Below are positions 51,282-63,157 of a DNA stretch of 64,000 nt, in pieces; within the stretch, counting starts at the first letter, position 1; each line of letters begins with the position of its first letter. The position numbers and the translations under genes were made by a program. Under the pieces are notes generated by a model. The model searched no databases and was not told where the DNA came from. It saw nothing but the letters and a program-made list of their open reading frames with translations. Source of the stretch: Anaeramoeba ignava BMAN (lineage: Eukaryota > Protista > Anaeramoebae); contig JAPDFW010000076.1 in the NCBI GenBank assembly GCA_028826165.1, forward strand, positions 351,892 through 415,891. Reading direction: 5' to 3'.

Positions 51282-52541
51282 ATGTCAATTTTATGTGAAA
51301 ATTGTAAAACAAAACGAGCAGTTTTTTTAAGACCAAAAAATGGATCAAAAGTGTGTAAAGAATGTTTTATTGAGTTATTTGAAGAAGAAGTTCATGAAAC
51401 GATCCAAAAATTTCAAATGTTTGAACCAAAAGAGAAAATTGGAATAGGAGCATCAGGAGGAAAAGATTCAACAGCATTAATACATGTTTTAACAAAATTG
51501 AAAGAAAAATATAAATATGAGAATGATTTTGTTTTGATTTCAATTGATGAAGGAATTCATGGTTATCGAGATGATTCACTTGAAACAGTGAAACGCAATC
51601 AATTATTTTATAATCTTCCTTTGGAAATTGTTTCTTTTAAGGATCTTTTCGGTTGGTCTTTGGATGATATTATTCTTAATTTGGGTCCTAGTAATTCTTG
51701 TTCTTATTGTGGTATTTTGAGACGTCAAGCTTTGGATCTTGCCGCTCAAAAAATTTCAGTTAAAAAATTGGCAACTGGACATAATGCTAATGATGCTGCA
51801 GAAACTGTTCTTTTAAATTGTAATATTAATTATAATTTTATAAATGAATTTTAATTTTAATATTAATTTTAATTTTATAAATGAATTTTAATTTTAATAT
51901 TAATTTTAATTTTAATTTCAAATTTTTTATCCGATTTTAATTTTAATATTAATTTTAATTTTAATTTTAATTTTAATTTTAATTTTAATTTTAATTTTTA
52001 ATTTTTAATTTCAAATTTTTTATCCGATTTTAATTTTAATTTTAATTTCAATTTTAATTTTAATTTTATAAATGAATTTTAATTTTAATTTTTTATCCGA
52101 TTTTAATATTAATTTTGATTTTAAGTTTTAAGAGGAGATTCTGTTCGTATTTCAAGATCATCAGAATTTATAATCAATGATCAAAATGATTTTAAAAGAT
52201 GCAAACCATTTATTTATGCATACCAAAAAGAAATTGTTGCATATGCTTATTTTAATAAATTAGATTACTTTAGTACTGAATGTCCTTATGCAGTAAATGC
52301 TTTAAGAGGAAAACCAAGAATTTTTTTGAATGATTTGGAACGTGTTCATCCTTCAGGAATAATTGATATTATTGATTCGGGTCAGTTATTTGCTCTTCCA
52401 GATTCATCTATAAAACCAAAAATTCAAAAATGTCAAAAATGTGGTGCTGTTTCAAGTCAAAATCTTTGTCAAGCTTGCATTTTATTAGAAAAACTTAATA
52501 AATCAAAACCAAAAATTGAAATTGAAATTGAAAAAAAATAA
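51282..52541 (+). CDS. CTU1: Cytoplasmic tRNA 2-thiolation protein 1 (Ncs6); exons 51282-51819, 52126-52541
   Basis: SGGKDS PP-loop, IDEGI.GYRDDSL, CSYCGILRRQALD, TGHN.ND.AET, YFSTECPY, C-terminal CxxC..CQAC. Confidence 0.95.
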
Positions 52542-52700
52542 AAATAAAAATAAAAAAATTTAATAAAAAAAGAAAAATGGAATAAAAAAATTTAATAAAA
52601 AAAAGAAAATAAAAATAAAAATTTAATAAAAAAAGAAAAGTGGAATAAAAAAATTTAATAAAAAAGAAAAGTGGAATAAAAAAATTTAATAAAAAAAGAA

Positions 52701-52822
52701 AAGGATTCAACACTAAGTTTTCGCTGGCGGTTCCCCATCCAACTAACTCACTTAGCTCTCAATCATTTATCTTCAGGGTTCGGAATGTGTCCTGGAGTAT
52801 TTGATTGGATATGGCCGAATCC
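52701..52822 (-). rRNA. 5S rRNA
   Basis: ~120 nt: GGATTCGGCCATA...CCGAAC...GGATGGGGAACCGCC...GTTGAATCC; helix I GGATTCGGC/GTTGAATCC; followed by T-runs (Pol III terminator). Confidence 0.88.
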
Positions 52823-53337
52823 AATTTAATTTAATTTTTAATTCTTTATTTATTCTTTTTTTCTTTTTTATTTTTAATTTATTTTTTTAATTCTTTATTT
52901 ATTTGATTGAATATTATTGAATCCAATTTAATTTAATTTAATTTAATTTTTATTTATTTGATTGAATATTATTGAATCCAATTTAATTTAATTTTTAATT
53001 TAATTTATTCTTTTTCTTTTTAATTGAATTTTTTTAAATAAATAAGATCTAATTTATTTTAATTTTAATTTCTTTTTTAATTCTTTATTTATAATATTAT
53101 TTGAAAAGTTAATTAAATCTAATTTATTTTTTTTATTTAAAAAAAAAAAGAATAAAAAGAAAAAAAATTTTTTTTTTCTTAATTTATTTTTTAATTAAAA
53201 ATTAAAAATAAAAAATAATCATTTTTTTTCTTTTCCAAAAATATAAAAAGTAAGAAAAACAATTGATTTAAATACAAACACACAAAAACACACTTATTTA
53301 TTTATTTTTATTTTTTTTATTTAAAGAAAAAACAGAA

Positions 53338-56052
53338 ATGAAATTAAATCTTTTCTTTTCCTTTTTCTTTTTCTTAATTATCAATATTTTCTTAATTCAA
53401 TCAAATCAAAACCAAAATCAAAATCAAAAATCAATTTCATCATCATTAATATCACCAATATTAACAGAAATAAAAACATTAACAGAAACAACAAGATATT
53501 ATTCTTCTTTCGATGAAGCTTGGATTTGGAATTTATTAGATCAATTTTCAAGTTCATTAGGATATTTTGGATGGAGTGTTTCAATTTATAAAGATGTTCT
53601 TGTTATTGGAGTTTATGATGTAAATCAAGCATTTATTTACAGATATAATGGATCAATTTGGAATCAAGAACAAATTTTGAATGAATCAGCTACAGATTTT
53701 GGGAGTTGTGTTTCAGTTTATGAAGATGTTCTTGTTATTGGAGCTCATGGTGACAATCAAGTATTTATTTACAGATATAATGGATCAATTTGGAATCAAG
53801 AAAAAATTTTGAATGAATCAGCTACAGATTTTGGAATTTCTGTTTCAATTTATGAAGATGTTACTGTTATTGGTTCTTATTATGAAAATCAAACATTTAT
53901 TTACAGATATAATGGATCAATTTGGAATCAAGAACAAATATTGAATGAATCAGCTTCAAGTTTTGGAATTTCTGTTTCAATTTATGAGAATGTTACTGTT
54001 ATTGGAGCTTATGATGAAAATCAAACATTTATTTACAGATATAATGGATCAATTTGGAATCAAGAACAAATTTTGAATGAATCAGCTTCATATTTTGGAG
54101 AGTCTGTTGCAGTTTATAAAGATGTTATTGTTATTAATGTTTATAATTCCAAGGAAGTATTTATTTACAGATATAATGGAACAATTTGGAATCAAGAACA
54201 AATATTGAATGAATCAGTTACAGGTTTTGGAAAGAGTGCTTCAATTTATGAAGATGTTATTGTTATTGGCTGTCCGAATACAAAACAGGTATTTATTTAC
54301 AGATATAATGGAACAATTTGGAATCAAGAACAAATATTGAATGAATCAGTTACAAGTTTTGGATATTCTGTTTCAGTTTATGGGAATTTTACTGTTGTTG
54401 GTGCTATCACACCAAAAAAAGTATTTGTTTATGAAGCTAATTTAATTCCTCAAGTTAATATTGTTAATTGTTCATCTTTGTTTTCATCATTTGATTGTTA
54501 TTGGGATAAAATTGAATTTCCTTCAAATTTGGAATATCAAATTAATTATGGATATGATTGGATTGATATTGATTCTCCAATTCTTGAAGATGAGAATGTT
54601 TATTATCAGCAATTCAATTCTTCATTTTATGATAATATTACTGGAAATGAATATTATTCAATTCAAATTCAAGCTTGTGATAATGAATCAATGATATGTG
54701 GTGAATCTTCTTCTTTCATTAATTTAACAACAAAAATTGATTCTGTAAAAGATTTCCAATTATCAAATCCTTCAAATAATTCAATTAATGTTACTTGGAA
54801 TTATCCAAATGTTCAAATCAATGAAGGAATTGCTCATCTTGATCATTATAATATTTCTTATCTTAATCAATCTCAACCTGATTTAATATCTTTCATTTCA
54901 GTTGATAATTCTTCACTTGATTATCTTTTGAATAATTTAGAATGTGAAAATGATTATAATATTTCAATTTGTGGATGTAGAACACAAGAATGTGAAGGAG
55001 ATGATAAAGGAGAAATTGTTGAATCATTATTCCCATTAATATTTGGAGAAGTTACAAATTTTTCATGTTCAATTTCAAATTCAATCGATATTAATTGTAA
55101 TTGGAATCAACCAATTAATTGTTCAATTCCATTTTATTATAATTTAACTTATCAATCAATTTATCAAAATGATTCAGGAAATTATCAACCAACTTCATCA
55201 AATCAACAATTTACAGTTCAATTACCAAATCAAGAATATCAAATCAATATATCATCATGTAATTCAAATGGAAAATGTGGATATATTTCATCAATTTCAA
55301 TTACAACTGATAATTTAACAATATCTCCAACAATTTACGAAACAATTTCCAAAATTGAAGAAATTGAATTTAATTTCACAAAATTAACAAATGCAAATAA
55401 TTATTCAATTTCACTTAATAATGGAACAAATTGGGAAAAATTCACATCTCTTGATTTAAGTGGAAATGAAGTTATTGGAATCATAAGTGGAATATCAGGA
55501 AATATTGAATATAATATTTCAATTCGAGGATGTGTTGATTTAAATTGTGAAACACCATATTTAGGAGAACCAAGTTCAATTATTTCAACAAGAGCTAAAT
55601 TAGGAAATATTACTTCATTAAATTGTTATTCATTAATTAATGGATTTATTTGTAATTGGGATCCATTAATTTTATCAAGTGGATTAAAAGCTTATTCATT
55701 TAGATTTAATTCAATATCAATTTGTTTATCAACTTCAACAACAAGTTATTCAATTACTTCAGGATTAGAAGGAGGAGAATATTATGAAATTTCAATTTAT
55801 TCATCAGCTGATTTAAATTGTTCAGATAATCAATACTCAGGAATTAATTCAACAACATCAATTACAATACCAACAACAAATGAACCTAATGATAATTCAA
55901 GCACAACAATAATAGCTTTAGAAATAATTATTCCAGTTATTATTATTTCAATAATCATTATTGGAATTATTTTATACAAAAAGAAAAGAAAAAGACAACT
56001 TATTAAGGAGATTATAAAAGAAAAAGAACTTCATACTGATTTAGATTTTTAA
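53338..56052 (+). CDS. FG-GAP propeller + FN3 + TM receptor paralogue
   Basis: Same architecture, 7 blades, intronless. Confidence 0.85.
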   Translation: MKLNLFFSFFFFLIINIFLIQSNQNQNQNQKSISSSLISPILTEIKTLTETTRYYSSFDEAWIWNLLDQFSSSLGYFGWSVSIYKDVLVIGVYDVNQAFIYRYNGSIWNQEQILNESATDFGSCVSVYEDVLVIGAHGDNQVFIYRYNGSIWNQEKILNESATDFGISVSIYEDVTVIGSYYENQTFIYRYNGSIWNQEQILNESASSFGISVSIYENVTVIGAYDENQTFIYRYNGSIWNQEQILNESASYFGESVAVYKDVIVINVYNSKEVFIYRYNGTIWNQEQILNESVTGFGKSASIYEDVIVIGCPNTKQVFIYRYNGTIWNQEQILNESVTSFGYSVSVYGNFTVVGAITPKKVFVYEANLIPQVNIVNCSSLFSSFDCYWDKIEFPSNLEYQINYGYDWIDIDSPILEDENVYYQQFNSSFYDNITGNEYYSIQIQACDNESMICGESSSFINLTTKIDSVKDFQLSNPSNNSINVTWNYPNVQINEGIAHLDHYNISYLNQSQPDLISFISVDNSSLDYLLNNLECENDYNISICGCRTQECEGDDKGEIVESLFPLIFGEVTNFSCSISNSIDINCNWNQPINCSIPFYYNLTYQSIYQNDSGNYQPTSSNQQFTVQLPNQEYQINISSCNSNGKCGYISSISITTDNLTISPTIYETISKIEEIEFNFTKLTNANNYSISLNNGTNWEKFTSLDLSGNEVIGIISGISGNIEYNISIRGCVDLNCETPYLGEPSSIISTRAKLGNITSLNCYSLINGFICNWDPLILSSGLKAYSFRFNSISICLSTSTTSYSITSGLEGGEYYEISIYSSADLNCSDNQYSGINSTTSITIPTTNEPNDNSSTTIIALEIIIPVIIISIIIIGIILYKKKRKRQLIKEIIKEKELHTDLDF

Positions 56053-56788
56053 TTTCAAATTCAAATTCCAATTTTCCAAATTCTTTTTTTCTTTTTTTCT
56101 TTCTTCTTTTCAATTCAAAACAATCTATTTTCCAAATTCCAAAAAAAAACAAAAACAAAAACAAAAAAAACAAATTTATTATTTTTTGATTTTGATTTTG
56201 ATTTTAATTATTTTAAAAAAGAAAAAGAAGAAATTATTAATTAAATTCAAAACCAAAAATTTAAACAAGAAATAATTAATAAAATTAAATAGAAATTAAT
56301 TATTTCCAATTAAATCAAAATAAAAATCAAAAAAAATTTAATTTAAATTAAAATTAACAAAAAGAAAAACAATTTAAAGAGAAATTATTGAAAAAGAAAC
56401 CAAAAGAAAAAAAGATAAAACAGATAAATATTCCAAAAATATTTAAAATTAAAAAAGAAAACAAGAAAAAAAATTTTTTTTTAAAATTAAATTAATTAAA
56501 AAAAATTTAAAAAAAAAAACAAAAGATCATTTTTTCTTTTTTCTTTTTTCTTTTCTCTTTTTCTTTTAAAAAAAAACCAAAAAAAAGTAAGAAAAAAAAC
56601 ATAAAAATAACACAAAAACAAAACACAAATATTTATTTTTATTTTTTATTAAATTTATTTTTATTTTTATTTAAAAACAAAAACAACAAAAATTCAAAAA
56701 AACACAAAGTAAGAAAAAAACATAAAAAAAACACAATTCAATTTTTATTTATTATTTTTTATTTTTTTTATTTAAAGAAAAAACAAAA

Positions 56789-59551
56789 ATGAAATTAAAC
56801 CTTTTCTTTTCCTTTCTCTTTTTCTTAATTATCAATATTTTCTTAATTCAATCAAACCAAAATCAAAATCAAAATCAAAATCAAAATCAAAAATCAATTT
56901 CATCATTAATATCACCAATATTAACAGAAATAAAAACATTAACAGAAACAACAAGATATTATTCTTCTTTCAATGAAGCTTGGATTTGGAATTTATTAGA
57001 TCAATTTTCAGGTCCAGCAGTTTTTGGATTTTCTGTTTCAATTTATAAAGATGTTCTTGTTATTGGAACTCGTAATGCAGGCCAAGTATTTATTTACAGA
57101 TATAATGGAACAAATTTTGAACTTGAACAAAATTTGGATGAACCTTCATATTTCTATTTTGGATATTCTGTTTCAATTTATAAAGATGTTCTTGTTATTG
57201 GGACTGCTGAAAAACATGCATTTATTTACAGATATAATGGAACATTTTGGAATCAAGAACAACATTTGAGTGGATCAGCTACATATTTTGGAGATTTTGT
57301 TTCAATTTATGAGAATGTTACTGTTATTAGTAATTATGGTGCAAATCAAACATTTATTTACAGATATAATGGATCTATTTGGAATGAAGAACAAATTTTG
57401 AGTGAATCAGTTACATATTTTGGATATTCTGTTTCAATTTATGAAGATGTTATTGTTATTGGTGCTCGTGATGTAAATCAAGCATTTATTTACAGATATA
57501 ATGGATCATTTTGGAATCAAGAACAACATTTGAATGAATCAGCTTCATATTTTGGAAGTTCTGTTTCAATTTATGAAGATGTTATTGTTATTGGTGCTTG
57601 GGGTGCAAATGAAACATTTATTTACAGATATAATGAATCAACTTGGAATAAAGAACAAATTTTGAATGAATCTTCTGTTTCAAATTTTGGAGATTCTGTT
57701 TCAATTTATGGAGATGTTATTGTTATTGGAGCTGCTTATGATGTAAATCAAGCATTTATTTACAGATATAATGGAACATTTTGGAATCAAGAAAAAATTT
57801 TGAATGGACCTCCAGCTTCATATTTTGGAAGTTCTGTTTTAATTTATGAGAATTTTACTGTTATTGGAGCTGAGAATTCATTTCAAGTATTTGTTTATGA
57901 AGTTAGTTTAATTCCACAAGTTAATATTGTTAATTGTTCATCTTTGTTTTCATCATTTGATTGTTATTGGGATAAAATTGAATTTCCTTCAAATTTGAAA
58001 TATCAAATTAATTATGGATATAATTGGATTGATATTGATTCTCCAATTCTTGAAGATGAGAATGTTTATTATCAACAATTCAATTCTTCATTTTATGATA
58101 ATATTACTGGAAATGAATATTATTCAATTCAAATTCAAGCTTGTGATAATGAATCAATGATATGTGGTGAATCTTCTTCTTTCATTAATTTAACAACAAA
58201 AATTGATTCTGTAAAAGATTTCCAATTATCAAATCCTTCAAACAATTCAATTAATGTTACTTGGAATTATCCAAATGTTCAGATCAATGAAGGAATTGCT
58301 CATCTTGATCATTATAATCTTTCTTATCTTAATCAATCTCAACCTGATTTAATATCTTTCATTTCAGTTGATAATTCTTCACTTGATTATCTTTGGAATA
58401 ATTTAGAATGTGAAAATGATTATAATATTTCAATTTGTGGATGTAGAACACATGAATGTGAAGGAGATGATAAAGGAGAAATTGTTGAATCATCAATTCC
58501 ATTAATATTTGGAGAAGTTACAAATTTTTCATGTTCAATTTCAAATTCAATCGATATTAATTGTAATTGGAATCAACCAATTAATTGTTCAATTCCATTT
58601 TATTATAATTTTACTTATCAATCAATTTCTCAAAATGATTCAGGAAATTATCAACCAACTTCAACAAATCAACAATTCACAGTTCAATTACCAAATCAAG
58701 AATATCAAATCAATATTTCAGCATGTAATTCAAATGGAAAATGTGGATATATTTCATCAATTTCAATTACAACTGATAATTTAACAGCAGCTCCAACAAT
58801 TTACGAAACAATTTCCAAAACTGAAGAAATTGAATTTAATTTCACAAAATTAACAAATGCAAATAATTATTCAATTTCACTTAATAATGGAACAAATTGG
58901 GAAAAATTCACATCTCTTAATTTAAGTGGAAATGAAGTTATTGGAATAATAAGTGGAATACCTGGAAATATTGAATATAATATTTCAATTCGAGGATGTG
59001 TTGATTTAAATTGTGAAACACCATATTTAGGAGAACCAAGTTCAATTATTTCAACAAGAGCTAAATTAGGAAATATTACTTCATTAAATTGTTATGCAAT
59101 AATTAATGGATTTATTTGTAATTGGGGTTCATTAATTTTATCAAGTGGATTAAAATCATATTCATTTAGATTTAATTCAATATCAATTTGTTTAACAAAT
59201 TTGCCGAATTATTATTCAATTCCTTCAGGATTACAAGGAGGAGAATATTATGAAATTTCAATTTATTCATCAGCTACATTAAATTGTTCAGATAATCAAT
59301 ATTCAGGAATTAATTCAACAACATCAATTACAATATTATCTCCTTATCAACCAACTCAATCAACTGATTCAAACAATTCCAATGCAACAGCAATAACTAT
59401 TGGAATTCTTATTCCAATTATTATTATTTTAATAATTATTATTGGAATTCTTTTATATCAGAAAAAAACAAGAACAAAAAAACAAAAACAATCCAAAAAT
59501 CTAAATCAAAAACAAGAAGAAAAAGAACTTCAAGATAATTTAGATATTTAA
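56789..59551 (+). CDS. FG-GAP propeller + FN3 + TM receptor paralogue
   Basis: Same architecture, 7 blades, intronless. Confidence 0.85.
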   Translation: MKLNLFFSFLFFLIINIFLIQSNQNQNQNQNQNQKSISSLISPILTEIKTLTETTRYYSSFNEAWIWNLLDQFSGPAVFGFSVSIYKDVLVIGTRNAGQVFIYRYNGTNFELEQNLDEPSYFYFGYSVSIYKDVLVIGTAEKHAFIYRYNGTFWNQEQHLSGSATYFGDFVSIYENVTVISNYGANQTFIYRYNGSIWNEEQILSESVTYFGYSVSIYEDVIVIGARDVNQAFIYRYNGSFWNQEQHLNESASYFGSSVSIYEDVIVIGAWGANETFIYRYNESTWNKEQILNESSVSNFGDSVSIYGDVIVIGAAYDVNQAFIYRYNGTFWNQEKILNGPPASYFGSSVLIYENFTVIGAENSFQVFVYEVSLIPQVNIVNCSSLFSSFDCYWDKIEFPSNLKYQINYGYNWIDIDSPILEDENVYYQQFNSSFYDNITGNEYYSIQIQACDNESMICGESSSFINLTTKIDSVKDFQLSNPSNNSINVTWNYPNVQINEGIAHLDHYNLSYLNQSQPDLISFISVDNSSLDYLWNNLECENDYNISICGCRTHECEGDDKGEIVESSIPLIFGEVTNFSCSISNSIDINCNWNQPINCSIPFYYNFTYQSISQNDSGNYQPTSTNQQFTVQLPNQEYQINISACNSNGKCGYISSISITTDNLTAAPTIYETISKTEEIEFNFTKLTNANNYSISLNNGTNWEKFTSLNLSGNEVIGIISGIPGNIEYNISIRGCVDLNCETPYLGEPSSIISTRAKLGNITSLNCYAIINGFICNWGSLILSSGLKSYSFRFNSISICLTNLPNYYSIPSGLQGGEYYEISIYSSATLNCSDNQYSGINSTTSITILSPYQPTQSTDSNNSNATAITIGILIPIIIILIIIIGILLYQKKTRTKKQKQSKNLNQKQEEKELQDNLDI

Positions 59552-60323
59552 TTCCAATTCCAATTTCAATTTTCCAAATTCTTTTTTCTTTTCAATTTTA
59601 ATTTCCAAATTCTTTTTTTCTTTTTTCTTTTTTCTCTTTTCAATTCAAAACAATCTATTTTCCAAATTCCAAAAAAAACAAAAACAAAAACAAAAACAAA
59701 AAAAACAAATTTATTATTTTTTGATTTTGATTTTGATTTTAATTATTTTAAAAAAGAAAAAGAAGAAATTATTAATTAAATTCAAAAACCAAAAATTTAA
59801 ACAAGAAATAATTAATAAAATTAAATAGAAATTAATTATTTCCAATTAAATCAAAATAAAAATCAAAAAAAATTTAATTTAAATTAATTTTTTAAATTAA
59901 AATTAACAAAAAGAAAAACAATTTAAAGAGAAATTATTGAAAAAGAAACCAAAAGAAAAAAAGATAAAACAGATAAATATTCAAAAAAATATTCTTTAAA
60001 ATTAAAAATAAAAAACAAGAAAAATTTTTAAAATTAAATTAATTAAAAAAAATTTAAAAAAAAAAACAAAAGATCATTTTTTCTTTTTTCTTTTTTCTTT
60101 TTTTTTTTCTCTTTTCCTTTTAAAAAAAACCAAAAAAGTAAGAAAAAAACATAAAAATAACACAAAAAACAAAAACACAAAAATTTATTTTTATTTTTAT
60201 ATTAAATTTATTTTTATTTAAAAAAAAGCACAAAACAAGTAAGAAAAACATAAAAAAAACACAAAAAACACAATTCAATTATTTTTGTTTATTTATTTAA
60301 AAAAAAGCAAAAAAAAAACAGAA

Positions 60324-63021
60324 ATGAAATCAATTCTTTTCTTTTCCTTTTTCTTTTTCTTAATTATCAATATTTTCTTAATTCAATCAAACCAAAATCA
60401 AAATCAAAAATCAATTCCATCATCATTATTAACAGAAACAACAAGATATTATTCTACTCCAGATGAAGCTTGGATTTGGAATTTATTAAGTAATTATACA
60501 GGTCCAGGAGATTATTTTGGAAGAAGTGTTTCAATTTATAAAGATGTTCTTGTTATTGGAGCTTATGATGTAAATCAAGCATTTATTTACAGATATAATG
60601 GAACAAATTTTGAACTTGAACAAACTTTGGATGGACCTTCAGTTTCAGCATTTGGAAGAAGTGTTTCAGTTTATGAGAATGTTACTGTTATTGGAGCTCT
60701 TGCTGAAAATCAAGCATTTATTTACAGATATAATGGAACATATTGGAACGAAGAACAAATTTTGAATGAATCAGCTTCATATTTTGGAAGTCCTGTTTCA
60801 ATTCATAAAGATGTTATTGCTATTGGAGCTTCTTCTGTAAATCAAACATTTATTTACAGATATAATGGAACATTTTGGAATCAAGAACAAATTTTGAGTG
60901 AATCAGCTTTATATTTTGGATCTTCTATTTCAATTTATGAGAATGTTACTGTTATTGGAGTTTATGATGAAAATCAAACATTTATTTACAGATATAATGG
61001 ATCATTTTGGAATCAAGAACAAATTTTGAGTGAACCTTCAGCTTTATATTTTGGATATTCTGTTTCAATTTATGAGAATGTTACTGCTATTGGAGCTCCT
61101 AATGCATTTGAAGCATTTATTTACAGATATAATGGAACATTTTGGAATGAAGAACAAATTTTGAATGAATCTTCTGTTTCAAGTTTTGGAGATTCTGTTT
61201 CAATTTATGGAGATGTTATTGCTATTGGAGCTCCTTTTCCAAATCAAAACATTTATTTACAGATATAATGGAACATTTTGGAATCAAGAAAAAATTTTGA
61301 GTAAATCAGCTTTATATTTTGGATTTTCTGTTTCAATTTATGAGAATTTTACTGCTATTGGAGCTCATGGTGCAGATCAAGTATTTGTTTATGAAGTTAG
61401 TTTAATTCCACAAGTTAATATTGTTAATTGTTCATCTTCATTTTTATCATTTGATTGTTATTGGGATAAAATTGAATTTCCTTCAAATTTGGAATATCAA
61501 ATTAATTATGGATATGACTGGATTGATATTGATTCTCCAATTCTTGAAGATGAGAATGTTTATTATCAACAATTCAATTCTTCAATTTATGATAATATTA
61601 CTGGAAATGAATATTATTCAATTCAAATCAAAGCTTGTGATAATGAATCAATGATATGTGGTGAATCTTCTTCTTTGATTAATTTAACAACAAAAATTGA
61701 TTCTGTAAAAGATTTCCAATTATCAAATCCTTCAAACAATTCAATTAATGTTACTTGGAATTATCCAAATGTTCAAATCAATGAAGGAATTGCTCATCTT
61801 GATCATTATAATCTTTCTTATCTCATTCAATCTCAACCTGATTTAATATCTTTCATTTCAGTTGATAATTCTTCACTTGATTATCTTTTGAATAATTTAG
61901 AATGTGAAAATGATTATAATATTTCAATTTGTGGATGTAGAACACAAGAATGTGAAGGAGATGATAAAGGAGAAATTGTTGAATCATTATTTCCATTAAT
62001 ATTTGGAGAAGTTACAAATTTTTCATGTTCAATTCAATATTCATTAGATATTAATTGTAATTGGAATCAACCAATTAATTGTTCAATTCCATTTTATTAT
62101 AATTTAACTTATCAATCAATTTCTCAAAATGATTCAGGAAATTATCAACCAACTTCAACAAATCAACAATTTACAGTTCAATTACCAAATCAAGAATATC
62201 AAATCAATGTTTCAGCATGTAATTCAAATGGAAAATGTGGATATATTTCATCAATTTCAATTACAACTGATAATTTAACAATATCTCCAACAATTTACGA
62301 AACAATTTCTAAAACTGAAGAAATTGAATTTAATTTTACAAAATTAACAAATGCAAATAATTATTCAATTTCACTTAATAATGGAACAAATTGGGAAAAA
62401 TTCACATCTCTTAATTTAAGTGGAAATGAAGTTATTGGAATAATAAGTGGAATATCAGGAAATATTGAATATAATATTTCAATTCGAGGATGTGTTGATT
62501 TAAATTGTGAAACACCATATTTAGGAGAACCTAGTTCAATTATTTCAACAAGAGCTAAATTAGGAGATATTACTTCATTAATTTGTTATGCAATAATTAA
62601 TGGATTTATTTGTAGTTGGGATCCATTAATTTTATCAAGTGGATTAAAAGCTTATTCATTTAGATACAATTTAATATCAATTTGTTTACCAGATTTAAGA
62701 ACTTATTATTCAGTTCCAGGATTACAAGGAGGAGAATATTATGAAATTTCAGTTTATTCATCAGCTAATGAAACTTGTTATTATGATCCAAATTCAGGAA
62801 TTGAATCAATAATTTCAGTTACAACTTTATCCCAAACTAAAGAAACAAATGATAATTCCAAAGGCACAATAATCATTTTAGCAGTACTTCTTCCAGTTGT
62901 TGTTATTGCAGCACTTATTTTTTTCATAATTTTGATTAAGAAACAGAAAAATAGTATCAAAAGAATTATCAAAAAAAGAGAAAAAGAACTTGAAAAATCA
63001 GGAGGAATTGAAATGATTTGA
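60324..63021 (+). CDS. FG-GAP propeller + FN3 + TM receptor paralogue with +1 A frameshift near 61248
   Basis: AATCAAAACATTT vs AATCAAACATTT in sister repeats; correcting it joins the 327-aa and 618-aa ORFs into a 7-blade protein. Confidence 0.8.
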
Positions 63022-63157
63022 GTCGATTTCTTTTTTTTTTTTTTTTCATTTTCAATTCAAAAACAAGAATAATAAAAAATCAATTTTAATTCTCTTTCTT
63101 TCTTTATTTTTATCATTTTAATTTAATTTAATTAAAATCAAATTAAAATGGCTTTAT

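Noticed and set aside
10309-52541. Inteins in the protein genes
   Set aside because: No insertion with intein-like termini was evident by eye in any recognisable protein.
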